This document shows positions 9,507-16,625 of a DNA stretch of 53,801 bases, in pieces. The position numbers were made by a program, and so were the translations under genes. Position 1 is the stretch's first letter. Each line of letters opens with the position of its first letter. Source of the DNA: an uncultured Lachnospiraceae bacterium (GTDB taxonomy: Bacteria; Bacillota; Clostridia; Lachnospirales; Lachnospiraceae); contig CAZUDG010000002.1 in assembly GCA_964618775.1 (NCBI GenBank), forward strand, positions 1-53,801. The letters run 5' to 3'. The notes under the pieces were generated by a model, which saw only the letters and a list, made by a program, of their open reading frames with translations, was not told the origin of the DNA and ran no database searches.

Positions 9507-10139
9507 TTGTGCATAGAATATTATAAAAGTAATGAAACGTGGATAAATATGTTTTATAGATATAATAATATTAAAAATTGTAGTAATAGTAGACAAGGTT
9601 GTAATCATAGGGTTAAAAAAAATAATTACAGTAATGATATGTATTATAATGATTATCAAGAAGATAAATATGTAATTGGAGCTTATGTTAGTGGAGGACC
9701 GTTAGCTCCTAATATTAATGGAATGATATTATTTGAGCCTGACATGGAAGGAACAATAGTTTCTGCAACATTTTATAATCTACCAGAATATGAACCAGCT
9801 AGTAATGATCAAGGACCAATAGGTCCATTTGGCTTTCATCTTCACGAACATGGTTCTTGTAATATAGGAAACATTGCCTCTCTATTCGAAGATGCAGGAG
9901 GCCACTGGAATCCTGACAATCAGCCTCATGGCAACCACGCTGGGGATTTCCCAGTAGTTTTTTCTAATAATGGCTATAGCCAACAATCCTTCTTTACTAA
10001 TAAATTTAGACCAGAAGATGTAATTGGAAAGGCAGTTATAATTCATCAAAATCCAGATGATTATAGAACTCAACCATCAGGTAATTCTGGCAAAAGATTA
10101 GCGTGTGGGGTGATTGGTTATATAAGCTTAAAAGGGTAG
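9507..10139 (+). CDS. sodC: Cu/Zn superoxide dismutase family protein with no signal peptide and an N/Y-rich N-terminus
   Basis: All metal ligands can be read: FHLHEHG, GGHWNP, QPHG, NHAGD, VIIHQNPDD. The Cys pair GSC / LACGVI is present. The true start is uncertain (9507, 9549 or later). Confidence 0.8.
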   Translation: MCIEYYKSNETWINMFYRYNNIKNCSNSRQGCNHRVKKNNYSNDMYYNDYQEDKYVIGAYVSGGPLAPNINGMILFEPDMEGTIVSATFYNLPEYEPASNDQGPIGPFGFHLHEHGSCNIGNIASLFEDAGGHWNPDNQPHGNHAGDFPVVFSNNGYSQQSFFTNKFRPEDVIGKAVIIHQNPDDYRTQPSGNSGKRLACGVIGYISLKG

Positions 10140-10237
10140 AAGGCCTTAATAGGTGGATTATGTAGAGTTATTAATATGTGCTATAATTAGGGCGAGCAGA
10201 TAAGGTAATAATTAAATTTACAAAGGAGGTAGAAAGT

Positions 10238-11083
10238 ATGTTAAAAACTAAAAATGGCAAACCTGTAGCCAGTATTGGCCAAGGCACATGGTATCTTGGA
10301 GAAAGCCAAAGATTTGAAGATGAAGAGATTGAAACACTAAAAATGGGTATAAATAAGGGTATGAACTTAATAGATACTGCAGAAATGTATGGTAGTGGTG
10401 GGGCAGAGGTATTGACAGGAAAGGCAATATCTAGTTTTCCAAGGGAAGACTTATATATTGTATCAAAGGTATATCCTTTTAATTCAAGTAAAGAGAATAT
10501 TATAAAGGCATGTAGCAATAGTCTAAAGAGATTAAATACATCTTATATTGATTTGTATTTATTACATTGGCGTGGAAGTAATAGTTTATCTGAAGTAGTC
10601 GAGGGAATGGAAGAGTTAAAAGAACGTGGAATGATACGTGACTGGGGAGTTTCTAATTTCGATATTCGTGATATGGAAGAACTTTTTAAAGTTGAAAATG
10701 GTGATAAATGCCTTGTAAATCAAGTTCTTTACAATCTTGATAGTCGTGGGGTTGAGTTTAGCCTATTACCTTGGATGCAAGAGCGCAATGTAGTAATTAT
10801 GGCATATTGTCCGCTGGCCCAAGGGGGGAAATTAAGCAAAGGATTACTAGAAAATGAGCTAGTCAAAGATATTGCGAGAGTTCATAATTCTAGTCCTGCA
10901 CAAGTTCTTTTGGCATTCCTTTGCTCTAAAGCACTAGTTGTGCCTATACCAAGAACAAAACAAATAGAATACGCCATCCAAAATGCTGAGGCAATGGATA
11001 TTAAATTAACTAAGGAAGAGCTAGATAGATTGGATCAGGAATTCCCACCACCTAACAGAAAGATGCCTTTAGATATACAATAG
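10238..11083 (+). CDS. Aldo/keto reductase
   Basis: AKR pattern is present (IDTAEMYG, VSKV, LYLLHW, GVSNF, PLAQG). RBS is AAAGGAGG. Confidence 0.85.
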   Translation: MLKTKNGKPVASIGQGTWYLGESQRFEDEEIETLKMGINKGMNLIDTAEMYGSGGAEVLTGKAISSFPREDLYIVSKVYPFNSSKENIIKACSNSLKRLNTSYIDLYLLHWRGSNSLSEVVEGMEELKERGMIRDWGVSNFDIRDMEELFKVENGDKCLVNQVLYNLDSRGVEFSLLPWMQERNVVIMAYCPLAQGGKLSKGLLENELVKDIARVHNSSPAQVLLAFLCSKALVVPIPRTKQIEYAIQNAEAMDIKLTKEELDRLDQEFPPPNRKMPLDIQ

Positions 11084-11278
11084 CAGTATAAGTGTTTAAA
11101 ATTATAGTTATATAGAATCTCCAAGACTCTTTTTCTAATGATATTGTTAGTATAAATAAAGGGTTTCGGAGATTTTTTGCTTTCAAATAAAGTTTTATCT
11201 TCACGACTAAAAATATACACATAAATTTCTATAGATTATAGTCGGAACGACGAAAAATGTAATTCAAGAAAATTATGG

Positions 11279-11308
11279 TTGACATTTAATACCAGAGTGT
11301 TGTAAAAT
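11279..11308 (+). promoter_or_regulatory. Candidate promoter of the Tad-type operon
   Basis: TTGACA at 11279-11284, an 18-nt spacer ending in TG, then TAAAAT at 11303-11308. It lies about 25 nt upstream of the first gene. Confidence 0.4.
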
Positions 11309-11329
11309 TATGTCATCTTAATCAGTGAG

Positions 11330-11902
11330 GTGAGCTACATTAATTTAAAAATGTATAGCCTACTAATCTTTTTGCTTCTTGCGGTTTATCATGATCTGAA
11401 ATCCTACAAAATCAAAAACTATCTGATTGTAATTGGAGTGTTAACTGGACTTATAATTAACCTTATAGAGCTTGGTTTAGTAGCTAATTATTCCTTTTTA
11501 CTAGCAACAATTATTCCAATAATTATACTTTTTCCTCTTTTTATAATTAAGGCAATGGGAGCAGGGGATATAAAATTATTCTCAATAATTGGATCCTATC
11601 TAGGAGTTTATCCTATTATTAAAATCATTATCATATCATTTTTTGTTGGCGGAATTATGTCAATAATATATCTAATTCGTACAAAATCTTTTATTAAAAG
11701 ATTTGTACACATGAAGTCTTATATAACAAATCTTATAAGATATGATCAATTCAGTATTAATTCAGAAAAAATCAGTATTAAAACCATGAAGAAAGATCCA
11801 TATTATCAAAAGGAACGAGATGGAAGAGAAGGTGTAATTCATTTTTCTCTTGCAATTTTTGCAGCTTTTATAATATATATTTTTATAACATATTTTAATT
11901 AA
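11330..11902 (+). CDS. A24 family prepilin peptidase (CpaA/TadV-like), copy 1
   Basis: Polytopic membrane protein with the two catalytic Asp contexts (AVYHDLKSYKI and AMGAGDIKLFSIIG). Start is either GTG 11330 or ATG 11351. Confidence 0.8.
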   Translation: MSYINLKMYSLLIFLLLAVYHDLKSYKIKNYLIVIGVLTGLIINLIELGLVANYSFLLATIIPIIILFPLFIIKAMGAGDIKLFSIIGSYLGVYPIIKIIIISFFVGGIMSIIYLIRTKSFIKRFVHMKSYITNLIRYDQFSINSEKISIKTMKKDPYYQKERDGREGVIHFSLAIFAAFIIYIFITYFN

Positions 11903-11926
11903 ACAAGATGGAAGAGGTGAAAGCAA

Positions 11927-12931
11927 TTGGGCATAACTTTAGGGATTTTCGATTCAGATGTGGAGTATTCCAGTCAATTAATGAATTATATAAAAAGAAA
12001 AAATAAGAATATTAATCAAGTAAGAATTTTTACTAATAAGAATATATTATATGACTTTCTTCTAGACAATCAAATTAATGTACTGCTCATTAGTGAAGAC
12101 AAGATACAAGAAGATATAGAACATGATAATGTTGGCCACATATGTATTCTTTCAGAAGGGACCTATATATCGGAAGGTGGTGTGGATGAGGGAGAAAGGA
12201 TCATATATAAATATCAATCGGCAGAAAAAATAATATGCGAATTAGTAAACTATTATCCTGAATTATCTAATCAAAAAAACACTATTCCTTCTAATAAATC
12301 CAAAATTATAAGTATATTTTCTTTAAATGAAGATTTTGTTCAAGAGACCTTTTCCTTTAATCTGGCTAATGAATTTGGAAATATTAAAAAGACTTTACTA
12401 ATAGATTTTTGCTTACTACATGGTAGGGAACAGTTATCAAGTTTCAATTCTGATAAGAATCTTTCTGAGTTTATCTATTTTCTCAAATCAAAAACCCCTG
12501 ATATACTTTTTAAAATGAATGAACATATTCAAAGTCTAGGTAGTTTTAAATACTTAAACGGTGTTATGTTTGGACCAGATCTTTTTGATCTAACGACTAA
12601 AGATATAGAATTTTGGCTAGGAGAATTATATGCTACAGATTATGAAGTGATAATTTTTAACGTTAGCTGCTATATCCCCATCATGCTAGACTTATTTAGA
12701 AAAAGTAATGAGCTTTTCTTAGTTACTAAAGGAGGTATGTGGAAGCAGAACCTATATAATAATTTAATAAAACAATTAAACTGGTCTGGTTATGAAGATG
12801 TAATAAGAAAGATTATTACTGTTGAAGTAGATAAAAGGCTTTCAGGGACAAATGATGAATATCAGATTAACAATATTTTTACAGAAGAATGGGGTGATTT
12901 AACAGGTAATTATGCAAGAAATATTGGATGA
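11927..12931 (+). CDS. TadZ/CpaE-like protein: receiver-like N-domain plus MinD/ParA-like domain with a destroyed Walker A
   Basis: Gene position (immediately upstream of and overlapping the CpaF ATPase gene) and architecture both fit TadZ. KIISIFSLNEDFVQETFSFNLA aligns column-for-column with the canonical K-x-I-x-V-x-S-x-KGGVGK(S/T)T-x-x-x-NLA, but GGxGK is replaced by EDFVQE. TTG start. Confidence 0.6.
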   Translation: MGITLGIFDSDVEYSSQLMNYIKRKNKNINQVRIFTNKNILYDFLLDNQINVLLISEDKIQEDIEHDNVGHICILSEGTYISEGGVDEGERIIYKYQSAEKIICELVNYYPELSNQKNTIPSNKSKIISIFSLNEDFVQETFSFNLANEFGNIKKTLLIDFCLLHGREQLSSFNSDKNLSEFIYFLKSKTPDILFKMNEHIQSLGSFKYLNGVMFGPDLFDLTTKDIEFWLGELYATDYEVIIFNVSCYIPIMLDLFRKSNELFLVTKGGMWKQNLYNNLIKQLNWSGYEDVIRKIITVEVDKRLSGTNDEYQINNIFTEEWGDLTGNYARNIG

Positions 12932-14126
12932 GATAAAACAAGAAGTTGTCAGTAGAATCGATCTATATAAAGAATACCAAGATGAAGAAATCATAGATGT
13001 AATTGATGAAGTTATTATCAAAAAGAGTAAAGAGCTTTATATAAGTACAAGTAATAAAAGGCAGTTAAGAAAACTAATATTTAATTCTATTAGGCGTTAC
13101 GATATCCTTCAGGATTTGATAGAAGATCCAACTATAACTGAAATAATGATAAATGGTTCAGACCATATATTTATTGAACAAAAAGGAAAGATTAGTTTAT
13201 GGGACAAGCAATTTGAATCAAATAAGAAGCTAGAAGATATAATACAAGCAATAGTATCAAAATCCAATAGAATTATAAATGAATCTAATCCAATTGTAGA
13301 TGCAAGGCTTTCAGATGGATCAAGAGTAAATATAGTGTTACCTCCAGTGTCTTTATCAGGGCCAATTGTTACAATTCGTAGATTTCCTGACAAGCCTATA
13401 TCAATGAAAAAGTTAATTCAGTTTGGAACCCTAACGAAGGAATTAGCAGATTTTTTAGAAAAGCTTGTAATTGCTGGATATAACATATTTATAAGTGGGG
13501 GAACAGGCTCTGGAAAAACAACCTTTTTAAATGTGCTTTCTAATTTTATTCCATCAGATGAAAGAATAATAACAATAGAGGATTCAGCCGAGCTACAAAT
13601 CCAAAACATAAAAAACCTAGTTCGCCTAGAAGTTAGAAATGCCAATGTTGAAGGCAAAAATGAAGTTTCTATAAGGGAATTAATAAAAACTAGCCTTAGA
13701 ATGCGACCTGATAGAATTGTGGTAGGGGAAGTTAGGGATGCAGCCGCACTTGATATGCTACAAGCCATGAATAGTGGACATGACGGGTCTTTATCAACAG
13801 GGCATGCTAACTCTACAAGAGATATGCTTAATAGGCTAGAAACCTTAGTTTTAATGGCTCTGGATTTACCAATTACTGCAGTACGTAAGCAGATAATTTC
13901 CGCTATTGATATAATAATTCATATAGAAAGGCTTAGGGATAAAAGTAGAAAGGTAGTTGAAGTATCAGAGGTTATAGATTGTATAGAAGGGGAATATGTG
14001 GTTAATAAATTATATGTATTTGAGGAAAGAGGCCAGGATGAAAAAGGAAATGTAATTGGAAAGATTGAGAAGACGAATAATAAAATAATTAATGATTTTA
14101 AGTTAAGAAAAGCGGGGATTTTGTGA
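12912..14126 (+). CDS. cpaF: CpaF/TadA family type IV filament secretion ATPase
   Basis: Walker A GGTGSGKTT, Asp box IITIEDSAEL, Walker B RIVVGEVRD and His box GHDGSLSTGHAN are all present. It overlaps the upstream gene by 20 nt. Confidence 0.93.
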   Translation: MQEILDEIKQEVVSRIDLYKEYQDEEIIDVIDEVIIKKSKELYISTSNKRQLRKLIFNSIRRYDILQDLIEDPTITEIMINGSDHIFIEQKGKISLWDKQFESNKKLEDIIQAIVSKSNRIINESNPIVDARLSDGSRVNIVLPPVSLSGPIVTIRRFPDKPISMKKLIQFGTLTKELADFLEKLVIAGYNIFISGGTGSGKTTFLNVLSNFIPSDERIITIEDSAELQIQNIKNLVRLEVRNANVEGKNEVSIRELIKTSLRMRPDRIVVGEVRDAAALDMLQAMNSGHDGSLSTGHANSTRDMLNRLETLVLMALDLPITAVRKQIISAIDIIIHIERLRDKSRKVVEVSEVIDCIEGEYVVNKLYVFEERGQDEKGNVIGKIEKTNNKIINDFKLRKAGIL

Positions 14127-14866
14127 TAGAAGACTACAATGAGTATCAATATTCAAAAAAGGAAAGGTATAAATACTTCATTCAAGGTGCTTTAATAGGA
14201 GGATTTGTAGGTTATCTATTTTATGCAAATGTTTTTGGAATATTATTATTAACCCCATATGGACTCCACTTTGTAAAAAAGAAAAAGAAGGAATTAATAA
14301 ACAATAGAAAATGGCAGTTAAATTTAGAATTTAGAGATGGTTTATTAAGTGTTTCTTCCGCCTTAAATGCTGGATACTCCATAGAAAATGCTTTTGAACA
14401 GGCAGTATTAGATCTAAAGCTTATGTATCAAGAAGACTCACTAATAGTAGTTGAATTTGAAAGTATAGTAAATCAAATTCGTATGAATAGGACAATAGAA
14501 TATATTTTAGAAGATTTAGCAAAGAGAACAGATATAGAGGATATAAGCAGTTTTTCTGCAGTATTTAACACAGCAAAGAGAACTGGAGGGGACCTAATAA
14601 AGATTATAAGAAATACAGGTAATAATATAGGAGACAAAATAGAAGTAAAGCGAGAAATAAAAACCTTAATATCTGCCAAAAAAATCGAATCAAAAATTAT
14701 GAGGATTATACCATTTGGAATTATTATTTATTTAAGAATGTTCTCGCCAGGTTTTTTAGATCCACTGTATAACAACATTGTTGGCTTTTTAATTATGTCA
14801 ATAATATTAATGATATATCTTTTTGCATATAAGATGTCAGAAAACATTATGAATATTGAGGTGTGA
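14123..14866 (+). CDS. tadB: TadB-like platform protein (T2SS-F family)
   Basis: An N-terminal TM, a cytoplasmic helical domain and C-terminal TM helices. The GTGA start/stop overlaps cpaF. Gene order is typical of tad loci. Confidence 0.7.
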   Translation: MIEDYNEYQYSKKERYKYFIQGALIGGFVGYLFYANVFGILLLTPYGLHFVKKKKKELINNRKWQLNLEFRDGLLSVSSALNAGYSIENAFEQAVLDLKLMYQEDSLIVVEFESIVNQIRMNRTIEYILEDLAKRTDIEDISSFSAVFNTAKRTGGDLIKIIRNTGNNIGDKIEVKREIKTLISAKKIESKIMRIIPFGIIIYLRMFSPGFLDPLYNNIVGFLIMSIILMIYLFAYKMSENIMNIEV

Positions 14867-14867
14867 C

Positions 14868-16337
14868 ATGATCTTCATTAACTTTATAATATTAGCATTA
14901 TTCCTGATTTTACTGTTTAAAACAAAAGATTACGATAAGTCATTTGTAGATAAACTAGATAAAAAGAAATATAAATTAAACTATTTATTTCCAGCAGGAC
15001 TATTTGTTATCGATAATATAGCTAATATCATAAATCACATTGGTTTTTCAAAACAAGAGGAATCATTGAAAGCTATATATATAGGAGAATCCATAAAGAC
15101 TGTAAAAAGAATATATTTGTGTAATAAGATTATAATATTTGCTTTAATTATTTTTATTTTCAACCTATTTTCTATATTTAATTATTTGACCTTATCATAT
15201 AAGGGAGACTTGCAAAAGGACAACTTAATCAGCAGGCCATTCACATCAGCGGAAGTGAAAACAATAAAGTTAGATGTACAGATTACAGAAGATGACTTGG
15301 TTGTTTTAACTGAAGAAGTTGACTTAGAAGTCCAAGGGAGAAAATATAGTAAAGAAGAGATTAGTGAATTAATAATTATGGCAAAAACACATATTGATTC
15401 ATCTATATTAAAGGACAACAAATCAAAAGATCAAATAGGCTCTGATATTAACTTAGTAGAGTATATTCCAGATACAGATTTATATGTTGACTGGGAATTA
15501 GAGAATTACCAGCTGATTTCTAGAGATGGAATTGTGAATAATAAAGAAATAGAAGATAAAATTCCCACTTGGGTAAAAGCAGTCATTTCATATTATGATC
15601 TAGAAGTAGAATATAAAATTGACCTTACAGTCTTACCAAAAGTCTTTACAAAAGAAGAGGAGGTATATAGAAGATTAAAAGAGGAGCTAGAAAAAGTCGA
15701 CCTAGATTCAGCGAGTGAAGAGACTTTAATCCTTCCAAGTTCTATAGATGATATGGAAGTATACTGGAAGGAAAAAAAAGACAGGTCAAGTCTACAGCTA
15801 TTATTGGTTGGTCTGTTGGCAGCAGTGTTAGTGTTTGCAGCTTATGATAAGGATTTATACGATAAAGTAGAAGAACGTAATAGGCAAATGCTTTTAGACT
15901 ATCCAGAAATTATCAACAAAGTCACATTATTATTGGGAGCAGGAATGCCAATGGCGAATGCTTGGCATAAGGTAGTACAAGACTATAAATCAAAGAAGGC
16001 AGGTAAAAGATATGCCTATGAAGAAATGATAATTACAAGTAATGAAATTTTACTTGGGACATCTGAAATTACAGCATATGAAAGTTTTGGTAGAAGGGTA
16101 AAATTACTACCGTACCTAAGATTTGCATCACTACTATCTCAAAATGTAAAAAAAGGATCTGGAGATTTACTTAGACTGTTAGAAGTTGAAACGATGGAAT
16201 CCTTTGAAGAACGTAAGGAATTATCAAAGAGAATAGGAGAAGAAGCAGGAACTAAGCTCCTGTTTCCTATGATCCTTATGCTTTTGATAGTTTTAATAAT
16301 TATAATTATTCCAGCCTTCCTGTCATTTCAATTTTAA
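14868..16337 (+). CDS. tadC: TadC-like platform protein with a long N-terminal extension
   Basis: The C-terminal roughly 190 aa resemble a T2SS-F domain (LLDYPEIINKVTLLLGAGMPMANAW ... terminal TM). The N-terminal roughly 300 aa hold extra TM helices and a charged soluble segment. The ATG at 14868 follows GAGGTG; the ORF-track TTG at 14856 is the alternative. Confidence 0.65.
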   Translation: MIFINFIILALFLILLFKTKDYDKSFVDKLDKKKYKLNYLFPAGLFVIDNIANIINHIGFSKQEESLKAIYIGESIKTVKRIYLCNKIIIFALIIFIFNLFSIFNYLTLSYKGDLQKDNLISRPFTSAEVKTIKLDVQITEDDLVVLTEEVDLEVQGRKYSKEEISELIIMAKTHIDSSILKDNKSKDQIGSDINLVEYIPDTDLYVDWELENYQLISRDGIVNNKEIEDKIPTWVKAVISYYDLEVEYKIDLTVLPKVFTKEEEVYRRLKEELEKVDLDSASEETLILPSSIDDMEVYWKEKKDRSSLQLLLVGLLAAVLVFAAYDKDLYDKVEERNRQMLLDYPEIINKVTLLLGAGMPMANAWHKVVQDYKSKKAGKRYAYEEMIITSNEILLGTSEITAYESFGRRVKLLPYLRFASLLSQNVKKGSGDLLRLLEVETMESFEERKELSKRIGEEAGTKLLFPMILMLLIVLIIIIIPAFLSFQF

Positions 16338-16433
16338 AACAATAGAAACTGCAAGATATTATAACTAGGCCGGAACCTAACATAAGAATAAAAGGAAACC
16401 CCAGTTATCTAATAAAAACAAGGAGGAAAGAGA

Positions 16434-16625
16434 ATGGATATTAAAACATTAAAAGATATTATCAGCGAATTTATTATGGAAGAGGAGGGAATTGGGGTTG
16501 TAGAGATAATCTTAATATTAGTTATACTAATTGGCCTTGTTATTATTTTTAGAGATCAAATGACATCTTTAGTTAATCAGATATTCTCTTCTATTACTAA
16601 CAAAACAGGGAATATTATAAGGTAG
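16434..16625 (+). CDS. flp: Flp-type (type IVb/c) pilin precursor
   Basis: A 63-aa protein with a charged leader ending in EEEG, then IGVVEIILILVILIGLVIIF (Glu at +5 if cleaved after Gly19). Strong RBS AAGGAGGAAAG. It lies directly after the platform genes. Confidence 0.75.
   Translation: MDIKTLKDIISEFIMEEEGIGVVEIILILVILIGLVIIFRDQMTSLVNQIFSSITNKTGNIIR

Noticed and set aside
11084-11200. Possible terminator after the aldo-keto reductase gene (GAATCTCC ... GGAGATTTTTTG).
   Set aside because: Only 7-8 bp are complementary across a loop of about 55 nt. This is too weak to annotate, although the T-run is suggestive.
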